Program-made: the position numbers and the translations under genes | Notes under the pieces: generated by a model | The model's database searches: none | What the model was told of the DNA's origin: nothing | Seen by the model: only the letters and a program-made list of their open reading frames with translations | Part shown: piece after piece, positions 37,401 to 50,651 of the stretch | How the letters are laid out: each line of letters starts with the position of its first letter | Position numbering within the stretch: the first letter of the stretch is position 1 | Assembly: GCA_009103225.1 (NCBI GenBank) | Contig: RHPI01001507.1 | Coordinates: 202,249 to 266,248 of the forward strand | Length of the DNA stretch: 64,000 bases | Reading direction: 5' to 3' | Source: Chlorokybus atmophyticus | Taxonomy: Eukaryota; Plantae; Mesostigma and Chlorokybus algae

Positions 37401-40400
37401 AAACACAGATGTTGCGTATGTGCAGGGCGGCGACGGCCTCTTCAATGAGGTCCTCAATGGTCTTCTCTGGAACGGGGTGATGCCTTCTCACATGCAACAG
37501 CCAACGAGCCCGTCGGATCCGGCCTCGCCGGGCGGACTGTCGCCCAAGACACGAGCCGCATACAAGTAGGTCGCACATGCGTGTGATGACGTCGCAAACA
37601 GTGTGTCGCTGTCCATTGCATGTGCTTGTAAGTACGCCGATGCCTGTTCGTGTCATACACTTATCCATACTGTATATGCAGCGCGTACCATACTAAGTAT
37701 ACAACACTTTGCAATTGTACATGCATGTGTACCACCACTCATAAAGTCCACGCATACTTGCTGTGTCAAACCACACATGCAGTGACTGACGTGTACAGCG
37801 TAGTATACATCCCACTCACACACACTTCTCCACACAGATCTGTCGTCAATGTGGCCGCGGCCCGTCGCCTCCGCATCGGTGTGATCCCCGCGGGTTCCAC
37901 CGACACCATCTCGTACAGCGCGAACGGGACGCGCAGCCAGCAGGCCGCCGCGCTCCACGTTGTCGTCGGGGACAGGCTCCCGCTCGACGTCGCGTGCATG
38001 CAGACGGCGACGGGGGTCACCAGATACGCTGCGTCGTTCTGCGGGTGGGTGGGGGTGGATGCGTGCAAAGGATGTTGTGTCTGGCGTATCATGTTGAAGA
38101 ATAGATGCATGTGTATGTGCGTGCGCATGCGCGCTGGCGTGTGAGTGTGTGTGTGTGCACACGTGTGTACGTGGTTCTGTATGGAAAGCGTACACACGCC
38201 AGTGTACACACGTCCACATGCCTGATACACTCGCACAGAACCACGCACATGTGTGCACAGTACATATGCTTGTGATCGTGTATGCAAGAGTGTGGAGTAC
38301 ACGAGTCAGTTGTGTTGTGTGTGATATGCAGGTATGGCTTCTACGGTGAGGTGATGAAGATGAGCGAAAGCTACCGATGGATGGGGCCGGCTCGTTATGA
38401 CTTTGCAGGTACTTACTCTTTATCACACAAGCTTGTGTGCTTCACCACAAGTAACTCACACAACAATCCAACTTTTGCCTTCAGGCACTCTCACTTTCCT
38501 GCGCAATCGCTCGTTTGAAGCCCGCATCAGCTTCCTGCCGCGAGACCAGACGTCCATCCACGGGCCGTCGTACCCCTCGCTGGATTCCAGTTACAGGACT
38601 TTGGGCGCCAGCACGGTCTGCAGGTGGGTGAAAACACAAGTGGTGGACTGCATGACATTTGTGTGTACGGGTTATGTTGTGTCTGTATGCGACATGTGTC
38701 TTGTATCTGTTTGAGTAGTAACAAAGGGATGTTGTGTCTGTATCATTAGTATCAAGTTGTGTGAGGGTTAAGTGCGTGCGTGTGCGTGCGTGCGTATGCT
38801 TCGTCATGTGTATGGATTATGAGTTTGTTGACGGAGGGAGTGCGTGTTTGCAGGGTGGGTTGCTGCGTGTGCCAGACAGCGCAGGCGCAAGCCGCTTTGT
38901 CGCGAGCGAACTCAAGAGGGTTGCTGCCAAACACTCTGTCTGCTGCAGCGACAAAGTGAGCATCGTCACGTGTGCATGTCCACAGAGATTTCGATGTCTG
39001 ATGTGGCTGTGTGTGAATTGCAGGCTTGAAAACCTCCAGATGTTGAGCGGGAATGGCACCCATCCGGCGACAGCGTGGTCATCAGCCAGCACACCTCAAG
39101 CAGGTTGGCAGCTCGCGTGGCTTGCAAATAACAGTCTTGACAACTGTCAAAGTGTGTGTATTGACAGCGTTTGGTGAGGCATACCGCACGCGCGCATGTG
39201 TATGTGCAGTTACTTGCCCCTTGCGTGCTGCCAGCTTTTTGCACACTGTAGTTGAAAATACGCATCTTTGCATCCTGTGGTGACTCGTCCAGTACTTTTG
39301 GGCATGTTGCATGCATTTGCACACTAAAACTTCCCGCAACTTGTGCTGTGTTTTACAGCTGCTGTTGCTGCACCGGCGCCGGTACTACCTGGCGGCGTGC
39401 TTGGGCTTGGCAAGAACACGTCGTATACGGCGCTCAAGGACTCTCCTTCTGTGTCCATTGATGCGATGGAGACGGAGGCTGAGCCGTCCTCGCCCACAAC
39501 ACCCGCCAACAGGTTGCTTGAATAGCGCGATTGTAGACATCACACTTGTCTCTGTGTGCAGCTGAGCACGCGTGCACACGCACGCGTGAGTGTCCACGTG
39601 CGTGTGCGTTCGTGCACATGTGTGCACGAACATACGTGCTTGCATGAACGTGCGGGTGTCTGCATGCGTGTGTCTCTTGTCATGACACTGCGTTACATAT
39701 CCCAATTGCCACCCGCAGGGCTGCCGAAGAGCGCGGGTCCCTCATGCGCACGGCTTCCGGCCGCCGCGCTGCCGCCGACTCCATCGCGCCGCCTTTGGTT
39801 CGCGGCAGCAGCAGCCGGCCGTCGCCCTCCTCCGCCGCCGCCAACGTCGCCAACGCCACCGCTCCCTCCACCGTTGTGGAAGTGGTGGGACCCGCGGCAG
39901 GACCCGAGCAGATGCGGTGAGGGGACATGCTGCCTTGTCTTTACTGGGTTGCGTTGCTTTGCGCATGCAAGCATCTACATAGCATGCATATTTGCTCGTC
40001 TGCAACAAGTCGTGCCGAGGAGGGTCTGGTATGCACTTACTGAAGAAACAGACACGCATGTGTTGCGGACACATCTCACCCATACATCTCTGTGCATGTG
40101 CTCAGATACAAATCTGCACAACAACCTGTATACATGTTAGTAGCATCTCAACACAGCCTGTAGTGATGTACGCCTCGTGAACCCCTCAGGACCATCCAAG
40201 GCAAGTTCATGTCGGTGGGCGCGGCACTGATGACGTGCCGCAACGACCGCGCCCCCATGGGCGTCAGCACGCACGCCCACCTCGGGGACGGATACCTTGA
40301 CCTGATACTCATCAAGGAGTGCTCCCGCCTACAGCAGTTCAGGTACGCAAAGCTGCCGGTAGTTATCATCACCATGTCACAATGGCAGTACACAGTTGCC

Positions 40401-40981
40401 AGCATTTCACACTTGTGTTTGGTTAGTGCGATGAGTAGTCGCGCTTGACTGTCTGCAGACTTCAAAGCGCATGGATGGCTTCTGTCTCATTGACGAACAC
40501 ACGTCTGCTTTCTTGCTTGCAGGCAACTGTTGCGGATTGCATCCAAGAATGCCGATCCTTTTGACTTCCACTATGTTGAGGTCCACAAGGTAGGGCTGAA
40601 AACACAAACAACTGCCACTTGTATGCAACAGCGCCTTGAATGTTGTCGTCATCACTTGCATGTACAGCCTGAACTATTGAGTAAATTGTAGCGCACATGT
40701 CTTGAATCTGGCTGGGGCTAATCAGGGCGTATAGGCATTCTTGTTGTTATTTGTTGTTGTTCAAAAGAGCCTGTCATGCAGCGACACATCCAACCTGCTG
40801 TTTCTGTTGTGCGTCCGTCTTAAGTGTCTTATCTGTCACACAGACGCAAGCCTTCCACTTCCAGCCGGTGGGTCGCGAGAGCGCGTGGAACTGCGATGGG
40901 GAGCTTCTCCCCGACAATGACGTGTACGTGCATGTGCACCACGGCCTCGTGTCTCTCTTTGCCCGCGGCCCTGAAGAGTAG
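34444..40981 (+). CDS. CERK: Ceramide kinase (DAGKc/sphingosine kinase family, ACD5-like), many exons
   Basis: RPRRLLVFVNPYGGK, GVVVVGGDGLFNEVLNG, IGVIPAGSTD, YGFYGEV...SESYRWMGPARYD, CRNDRAPMG...AHLGDGYLDLILIKECSRLQ, SAWNCDGELL...VHHGLVSLFARGPEE*. N-terminal exons less certain. Confidence 0.92.
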
Positions 40982-42096
40982 TGTGTTGGGCGGCCGCATC
41001 ATCTTCACCACGATGAGAGTTGTTGCAACAAGAGCTTCAAGCAAGTTCCAAACCTGGCCCCAACCCAGCTGTCTTATATGACTGCAATGGTCTTGAAAGA
41101 AATTGACAAAGTGGCCTTTTTGCCCAGTGTTGATGTGTTTTTGTGTAGAGTACATTGCTCTCGCCCCGCAACTCTTTGCCCTTTCTTCCTCCCTCCCCCT
41201 GTACATAGTTGTGTCTTACCTAGGAGCTTTTTGCTGTTGTCAACAAAGAGCTTGAGCCATGTGGACTCAGTTGATAACTGTTGTGGATGATAAGCTTTGC
41301 TGGTGCGCAGCAGCAGTTGTGGTGATATTGCGCTATCTTACTGCATTACAAACAGCCTTGTCACCTAACACTGCGCAGCCATCATTGTCCCAGTTTGACA
41401 TTGCCATAGCTACGCTGGCTTCACATAAGTCTGAGCCTTGATTTCGTAAACTACGTGTACGTGTGCGCGTCTCCACTCATCGCAACATACTGTTGTTTGT
41501 TGTCTGTTGATGGAAGTGGTGTATTCCCATAAATTCCATCGTGCAACTTCTGTCACTGGTGCACGATTATTATACAGTGGCATGAGAGGCAACTCTTGGC
41601 ATTGAGTGGCCTCTCATGCCACTGGCCCCGCACTCCTGGCAGCGGCCACAAAGTTCACCGTCCGGTCCATAGCGCAAAACTGGCAGGAACACAACCAATC
41701 GTCCGTTGCCAGTTGCCAGTGCACACGGGATTGTCTGTTGCCAGTATTTGCGGCAGCAGTCAAGGGGTCAAATGGTGGCGTAACCGCCACGGCGTTGCAT
41801 GCTGGGGCGGCGGCGGCGGCGGCGGCGGCGGTGAGGAGGAGGACGAGACAGAGGAGAAGGAGGAGGGGGCAAGCAATGCGGACATTAACGTGCGAAAAAG
41901 ACTGCCGACTTGAAAATAAAACGGCTTGCTGAGCTGAGCTGAGCTGCGTACAAGCTTGACTGCTGGCAAGCTTACTTGCTTCTCATCCAGGCTTAGGGGG
42001 CTAGCTAGCTTTCACATCCATGATCAGCTGAGAGTTGCTAGTAACTCTCTCTTGAACATCGGTTATTACTGTCACGGCAACGACGACGACGTCACT

Positions 42097-45000
42097 ATGG
42101 CGGATGTGGACGTCCGGACCGCCGCAGAGGCCCTGTTCGCCCCCGCCCCCGCCACAGGGCAGCCAGCGTTGGGATCGGTCATGATCACGGCCATCGCCGC
42201 CGTGGTCAAGGTGCGTGCGTGTGTAGTGTGGGGGGGTGTCAATGCCTTTTGCAACTTGACGTTGGTACTTGTATTGTGTGTCAAGCTATGCTGATGGTGA
42301 GCTCACGTACATTGCATTGGTAGTGACACAGTTGTGTACGCACATACACATACACATACACGTACACGTAAATGTACGCAGACCTGCATTGCGTATACTA
42401 TGCACACGAAAACATAAGTGCGTGCACGAACACGCACATACACGTGCACGAGTACACGTATGCACGCGTACGTGTACACGCATACCCATGTGCACACGTT
42501 ATCACACATGCACGTTGACACATGCAGGTGTTTCTGGTGGCTGCGGGCGGGGCGTTCCTTGCGCGTAAGGGACTCATGGACGACCGCATGGCGACGGGAC
42601 TCTCAAAGGTTGCCGACTTGTTGAGTTTGTTAGGTGAAGACCACATCGAATGCACACAAGTACTGATCTGTCCATGTGGCATCCCGCAGATTAGCTTCAC
42701 CCTGCTTATACCGTGCCTTTTGTTCAGCAAACTTGCAGGTACGAGCTACTGATGTGGTTATGCCTTGGCCTCATGGAATGCCGTACGACTGGGATTTCCT
42801 CATGGATTACAAACCTTGATGTTACACGCATGCACGCACGCACACAACACAAACACAAACACACGCGCACGCGCACGGGCACGCACACACGCACACGCGC
42901 TCTGTACCTCACGCAGTTCAAGCTGAAGTGGACGACCAGCTGTGGACTCTCTGGACCCTTCCAGTATGGGCGTAAGTTGTTATATCAAACAGCGGTATCG
43001 CCACTTTTATGCATTGCACGCACATTTACCTGTCGTCACACAACCCACACCCATGCCACTGTACAACGCCACATTACCACCACCCCACTACACAACCACC
43101 ACTCCAACTCCTCTCTTCCCCCTCCTCTCTTCTCAGGCTCCTGTACCAGATCGCGGGTCTCCTCCTCGGCTACGCGTTGACCTGGCAGCACGGGAATCAA
43201 TCTCCTGCGATCGATCGAGGCAGCATCGTCACCGCGACGGCGTTCGGCAACGCGCAGGGGCTGCCCATCGTGCTCGTGGCCGCCGTGTGCCAACAACTGT
43301 ACGCGGATCAGCCCAAATGTGAGTGTGAGATGGGGGAGTGTGCGAGTGTGTGTATGTGTGCGTGTAGAGCTGCACTCTTTACAGCCAAGCGTGGCTGTGC
43401 GCGTACATGTGTGCGCGTAACGCGTGTTACACGTGTCTGTGCACGCGTGGTCTTCATTCCCTCAACCGCAGCACCCAACACAACTACCAAAAAGGTGTGA
43501 AGTGCCACCAACTTCCAACCGATGTGTTCACGTGTGTGTGTGCGTGTTCAGACGAGGACCTGGCCATCTCCTACATCGCCCTCTACTCCATCAGCCAGAA
43601 CTTCCTCTTCTGGCTCTGCGGCCCGCTCGTGCTGAAGGACGAGCTGTTTTCCGTACTGAGTTTCGGCAAATGGAATAGTAACAGCAGCAACAAAGGGCCG
43701 GCGATCATAAGGATCGGGAATGGAGGGTACGTCCCGATGGTGGAGAACTTGCCCGACGGGTCCACGCCACGACTGATGGTATGTGCATTGTGTTCGGATA
43801 TAATCATGTGTGAGTGCGTGTGTGCGTGCGTCTGGGTGTGGACGTGTGTGTGAGTGCGCATGTGAGGATCACAACTTGGTCACCGTGTCGCATGTATATA
43901 TATGTGTACACTTGTGTGTTCACACATGACTGTGTCGGTATGTCTACACCTGCTATGCAATATCTACACACATGTGCATATGCACGCTCGCGTGCGCACG
44001 CACTTGGGTACATGCACATTCATGCACATGCGTGTGTACACACAGGTGCGCATGCATACGCACGCATGCTACTCACGGACATGTACACATGCACAACTCA
44101 CATGCTTCAGCCATGCGGTCATGTTGGTAGCTTCATCTGTCACACAGCCGTCGTTTGTTTCTCGTAGGGGTTGGGCAAAGATCCGCGATCGGACACGGAG
44201 TCTCCCGACAGTCCCGCAGCGCATCCCATCGACGTCAATGCGCCAAAGGATGTTGTTGGGAGTGAGTCTCATGAAGATGCATCTCATACGGTGGCACAAG
44301 CTGCGTCGTCGCCCACGCATCCGGAAAGCCGATGGAAGCAGCTACTGCATGCGGTGCGTGCGTGTGTATACTGGTCATGTGCATTCGCACATGAGAGATA
44401 CACCCATATAGGAGCGCGTGCATCGGCACACGTGCGAGACGCGCTCGCACGTCGCATGCCTATGCCGTGCACGTGTTCTTTCTATCTCTATCAACGTGTG
44501 CTCACCAGACGCATACACTCCCAAACACTCACACGCATCTCAACATCTTTTACACCATCCCAGGCCTTCCAGCCCCCTCTCGTGGCCCTGGCCGCCGCCT
44601 TCATCATCTCGTCGATCGGACCCCTGAGCGAGTCGGTGCTGAAGCCGTCGGGCGTGCTGCACGTCGTGTGGGGGGCCGCGGACGCCATCGGGCAGGCGGC
44701 CGTGCCGGTCAAGTGAGTGTGATGTGGATGTGTGTGGGTGTGGGTGTGGGTGTAGCATGTTGATGAAAAAAATGTGAACGTGACATGCTTCAGACCAGAT
44801 TACTCACATTCACACGCATTCATTTAAAGTTACGATGGGTATAGATGCGCACATGCTTGTGTTGTGTTCACATACATGTCTGCATGTATACAGGGATATG
44901 TGTGCATGCTATGCACCCACGCGTGTTTTTGTGCCTGTAGACTCACACGCACCCACATGCAATAGCATGTGTATGCGCATCTGCGTGCATGTCTGTGTGT

Positions 45001-45890
45001 CATGCGCATGCACACTTGAGTTTGTTTGGACATCTGCATGTGCATGTGCATGGGAATGTGCGCGTGGATGATACCTGCACACGCCATTGACCATGGCGGT
45101 GATGCTGCAGCATGCTGCTTCTCGGCGTGCGCTTGGCCAAGGGTCTCGACAAGGAAGACGTGAAGGCGATCGGACAGCTGGTCATCGCGGGTGTCTGCTT
45201 CAGCCGACTGCTGGTACAACATCCATGTGTGCGTGTGTGCGTGCGTGTGTGGTCCTGTGTATGCGCGTGTGCTCACAAACAACATGCTCAACCATTAGGT
45301 GATGCCGGCTATCGGCCTCGCGCTCCACTTTCTCAGAAAGGCGATGGGCTGGTCTCTTGGTGACAAGATGCTGTGTCTGGTGCTGCTGGTCGAGTGCTGC
45401 ACGCCCACCGCAAACAACTGCCTGGTAAATTTGTTTCTTGTGCAATGGTTGTTTTATGTGCCGATAGTCCGCGTGTGGCATCCAGTCGTAAACCTGTGCG
45501 CACAAGCACACGCACGCGCCTACGCTCGTGCGTGTTTTGCGTTTACAGTGGTGATGCCACGCCCGCAATGCCGGTCACATCCATAAACATACCACCGCAC
45601 TCACATGCATGTGTGTGTGGGGGCCTTTCATGGAGCGTGCGTGGGTGCTTTCATACGTGTGCGCATGTACCCGCGTTTGTGCTCATCATCTCTGTGTGTA
45701 CCATCACACATACACTTCTGCTACTCCCAACATGTCAGTCAAGTTCACAGTGCTGCTCCTTCACTCACAGATTCTGGCGAGGACGTTGGGAAAGAGCGAC
45801 AAGAGCATAGCGGTGCTGCTGTTCTTTCAGTACTGTGCGGCCCCTCTCACGCTCACTCTCTGCATCGCCATCTTCCTTTACGTGTGCTAG
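42097..45890 (+). CDS. PILS: PIN-LIKES (PILS) auxin efflux carrier family membrane transporter
   Basis: Two TM bundles around a hydrophilic loop: IPCLLFSKLA, TAFGNAQGLPIVLV, YIALYSI, FQPPLVA, IGQAAVPVNMLLLGVRL, VECCTPTANN, LFFQYCAAPLTLT. Confidence 0.88.
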
Positions 45891-47118
45891 CACGCGTGCA
45901 GGAGGGAGTTAGTGAAAGAGTGTGTGGCTTATCCTCTAGGCTTATGGTCATGAAGTGGTTGTGAAGTATCATTCGATAGAGTTGGCGCCATCATCTGCTA
46001 GTATGGGGAGGGCTCAACTTGGCCCTTTCTTGCTGCTGCTAGATTGAAATGAAGTCTCCGACGGCGTAGAGCAGAATAGAGCCAGCATACTGCATGTTGG
46101 CGTCGCCATCATCATTGTGTAGTTTGTAGCGATTTAGGAAAGCAGAGTCTGTTGTTTCCTGTATTGTTGTCGTAGGTAGCCGAGGAGATGCCTTCCTCGC
46201 TCTGTAGTGTATTGACTTGTGTCGCCAAGTGTAACAGCTGTCATTGCCAGAAGGCTACTGCTGATGGGGATTGCGTGGCTTAAAAAGAAGTGGAAGGCGT
46301 GTCTTGACGGTTGTAGATACGAGCATATTGTTAAAAGGATGTCAATAATGGCCATATGGCCATTCCTGACATTCTGTTACCGTATGCGTTACTATGCTGT
46401 TAGTGCAATATCAGTATCGTAATTGTGTAGGTGGGTCCAATAAGCTGCTGACACATGCAAGTTGCTGTGGTTTTCAAGTTGGTTGGCGACTGTCTCCTAT
46501 TGGCTGCCTTATGCTGCACTTGCACTTGCATAGCACATAGGGCTGCACTTGGGTTGTGGGCGAGCATCTGACGAGTTTTTCGTGCTGCGTTGCGCACGCT
46601 ACTAGGGGTGCCACACCGGTTTCCAATGCAAGTGACTCAGTAACGTGTGAAGTGCGTTAGTGTCTTGGGCGCCCAATGGCGAAGGGCTTGCCAACCACCG
46701 AGGCGGAGGCGGCGCGAGCAATGAAGTGAAGGACGGCGTGTGGAGTGCGTCAAGGCGGGGTGGGAAGAGGAGGCGTAGGCAAGCATTCACATTTGGGCTG
46801 ATGACTGATGACGCCATTACAATCTCGTAAAGTAGTGGTGGTCCATCGCCGGTGGGGATACATCTGATGCGTTGTGTAATGGGGCGGGCGCATACAGCAA
46901 CACCCAACATGGTGCGCAAGGACGTCTTCATTGATGCGTGATGCGGCTGTTTGATTCGGGTTTCATGGCCATTTAACCTGGAGTCTCGTGGACGAAAGCT
47001 GGATTTGATGGCGCCGGAGCCTGAATAACGCCCATTTGTGTCTTTGCGTTGTAATGTTTTTGAATTTGCGTTGTTGTGTTAGCGTTATGGCTTTGACACA
47101 GGGACCTTGTGACCGTCT

Positions 47119-47309
<191 letters not shown>

Positions 47310-47522
47310 ATATGCTACTGACTATGATGGTGCAGCGAGTGCCTGGTATGAGGGGGCAGCTGCACGAATGGCAAAGCACTAGAAACGCGGCCACCATGGC
47401 ACATGTCATGACACGCAGTTTATCATTTTGTACACATTTACACATTAGAGTCCCCTTCCGCGTTACTACACACATCTTAGCAGCAAGAAGGCAGAAAACA
47501 AAACAACCGCTGAACCAAACAA

Positions 47523-47652
47523 CACTGCGGGATACTTAAGTGCAAAGGTCTGGGCGGGGCAAACCCCGCACTGACCTTCAGCTTTACAACCGTTTAACCA
47601 CTGCGGGATACTTAAGTGCAAAGGTCTGGGTGGGGCAAACCCCACACTGACC
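47523..47652. repeat. Two 54-bp direct repeats (47523-47576, 47599-47652), each with a GC-rich stem-loop
   Basis: CACTGCGGGATACTTAAGTGCAAAGGTCTGGG(C/T)GGGGCAAACCCC(G/A)CACTGACC; the copies differ only at two paired stem positions. Confidence 0.9.
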
Positions 47653-47811
47653 AACTAGGAAAGTTAGAACAACTACACAGCAAACCTAAATTATATCACC
47701 CTACAGGTCCAACTCTAAAGGATTCATCACGGCGTAGGGGGCGCAAGTCCTGAACTGATCTGTCTGTTGCCATTATTCTATACACATCTTTATCCATCAT
47801 GAAAGGCGTAT

Positions 47812-50651
47812 TCATCGCTGCTGCGCAAGCCATTTGGATGCCAGCCACTTCTCGCCTTTCACCACAGCCCTCCCGCCTGCAGTGAGGTCATAACAACCAC
47901 AAGATATGCTCAGCACAAGAGCCGCGGGCGTCCTCCCAACGAGTGAGCATGTGTAGATAACGACGCTAGTGTGGACAACATCAGCAGTGAGACAGCCATT
48001 TTGAGGACAGCCACTTCTCGCCTCTAACAACAGGCCGACCCCCTGTGCGTTGGTGCATGCGACACAGTCAGCCATAATTCTCGCAGAAATATTGAGGCCT
48101 GCCTTCACTGCTGCATCCGGAGTTTGAATCGAATGCATAGTCTTTACTCACAACCGCATGCATTCAACTTATGCGGCACAGCATGCCTAACTATACTCGC
48201 AAGCTTGAAAACTGATCCAGAAGCTGAGTGCAGCGAATAGCACCCTTCTTGACAAGGCGACACGTGCAAGTGCACAACAATCATACATCGTGCCCTCACC
48301 ATGCAAACTGCGGGAGTCTTCATTGCCATCTGGCATGCGGCTCCAAAACATCAAGGCTTTGCCCTGCAAGCACAAGAACATGCAAGAGCTGAGACTGTGC
48401 ACAATGCTTAGCATTTATTAAAGATTGATGTGAGCAAACTAGAACAATTAACTCCTGGGGATCATGGATTGGCAGTGCTTAATAGAACAATGGAATGTGA
48501 GGCATGCCTTGGCTGGCTTGACAGCAATGCCGGTCTCCTTGTCCGAGTGTAATGGAATGCCTTTAGGAAAGAAAGTCTCACCACCTTCTTCAACATCATT
48601 CAAAAAGCTGTCGATGGCAAGCTGCATTAGCCCACTTTGAAGCCAAAGCGCATATGCAGAACAGTGACTCTTGGAGTACAAACGAAGAAAGACAAACAAG
48701 AGAGATATGCTGCATCAATGCCAGAACACCAGCAGGCCGCACAGGACAAGCTACAGTATGACACTACACGGACAATCACCGGTTGTAGTGCAGGTAAGGC
48801 AACATAGGGCAGCACAGCAATACATGCCCAACACTTACAGCAGCATGGTGCAAGCGCGCTGATCAACATCGCCAACGTCATTGTCATAATGCGGCTTGAA
48901 CTCCTGCCCTGGATAGTATCGTATAACCTGCAGGAAGGCAAGTAACCCTGAGGTCAACAATCCGGAGTGGCCACCCTGAGCAACAGTGCAACTGCGTCCC
49001 TTCAGTACCTGCAGCTTATCAGACTTGTCAATGCTAAGGTTGAACCCTAAAGCCCGGCTTGTTGTTGCAATCTTATCCTCAACGACCCGGACAACACTGT
49101 CGCAGTAGTGTGCGGCTGTCATAAACATGCCCCAGCTTGTTCGATTCTGCAAAGCACATAACAACATGAGCAACAATCTAGCGGCATGCTCCACTGTCTT
49201 AATGGACAACAAACTACTCAAGCTGTGTGGACGCAATGCTCCACCTTGCTAGGCCTGTGGCCGGAGACAAGCGACGGCTTCAAAAACGGGGTGGCCAGGT
49301 TGACCAAATGTTGGCACTCCTCATCCGTCAAGAAATGATGGATGACGACGATGTGGGGATGCATGCTGACTGTCTCTGCAATGCCGGATGTGCTGCAAAT
49401 GGGCATGGGCACGCCTTGGACATGTGGGCCAGAATTCGAGCTGCCGCTGGTCGCAGGCGCCAGTGCCAAACCCTCTGACCCTCCAGTAAATAGCGCATGT
49501 ACAGGACCTGTCGAGCACACTTATAAGCAAGAGCCCACATCTGCTGCAGTATGGTGTTGAAGGACAAGCTACACAGCAACCAGCCGTACCTTCTGAATGG
49601 AGTTGCAACTCAACCATCAGTGAGTCATTGCGCACGAAGCCCTCCCGCAGCAACTCTGTTCGTGTGATGACGCAAGGACTGGTGTACGTGTGCCGTACAC
49701 TAGTGAACTTATGCGAGGCACCTGTGCATCACTATATGTTCGGCCTGAAGCAACACAGGATGCAAATGTGCAGATTGTCCGTGCACACTGCAACATACCG
49801 ATCAAGAAGGAGTGGGTAGGGCTAACATCATTATTTATGGATACCAGAAACCTGCCGCATTCCACAGTCAGCACAGCAACAGACACAAATAAGCAGAAAA
49901 ATAAAAACCCATCGGCAAAAACAAAGCTAGATCACCTCTTATGTAGTGTAACACCAGGGGGGAGGTCGCGAGCATTGGCCAGTTGCAAGGCAACAGATAT
50001 TTGATCCGCATTCTTATCACTAAAGACAAGATACATGCGCCTGCTCAACAAACGACAATGACAACATCATCATACTGCTGCTTGATGTTGCAGTCAACAA
50101 TTTTTGACTGAATGTCACAGCCGTATGGTACCGATAAGCGAACGGTTGTGGTTGAGCTTAATAACCTGAGTGTTCTGCTTACCACTGAACACCGTCCAGC
50201 TTGAAAACGTCAGAACACACCACATGCGAGACATCCAAAGCCGCCAGCTCAGACATTGCGTACATCAGCCGCCATTGCACAACTGCAGAAGCGCACAGAG
50301 CGTAAGCGCCAGAGACTCGATGAGCGCACTGTAACATGCAACCTCAATGGAGCCAGGCCAAAACAAGGGCAGTCTCCAATCCCTTCATTCTAATGTACGA
50401 CATATGCATGACACTAGATGCGCAAGTCGCAGTCACGGGCAGAAAGTAGCCTTACCTGTTGCTGCAGCATCGCTTTGCAGTCCAACGCTGCTTGGTCCAG
50501 CCATGTCTGCTGCTGGGGATGTACTGACCTGGACTTTGGCAAAACTTAGCTCTCCTTTCGGTGCCAGATCGGACTTGCGCCAAGCGGTCTCTTCACTGGA
50601 ACTGTGATAGACTGGATCTACAGTAGCAGGTTTTGAGCACATCTCTCCCAT
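47812..50651 (-). CDS. MATH (TRAF-like) domain fused to a prolyl 4-hydroxylase-type 2OG-Fe(II) dioxygenase; about 10 coding exons, with further exon-like blocks upstream to ~51460
   Basis: Frame-continuous splicing: VVQWRL...CSDVFKLDGVQWRMYL...QISVALQL...RFLVSINN...SHKF...ELLREGFVRNDSLMVELQL (MATH), then HHFLTDEECQHLV, RTSWGMF, LQVIRYYPGQEFKPHYD, FLNDVEEGGETFFP, GKALMFW, SLHGG..V.KGEKWLASKW (P4H). Confidence 0.85.

Noticed and set aside
47523-47652. Possible CRISPR-like repeat-spacer-repeat
   Set aside because: Only two 54-bp units, eukaryotic context, no cas genes.
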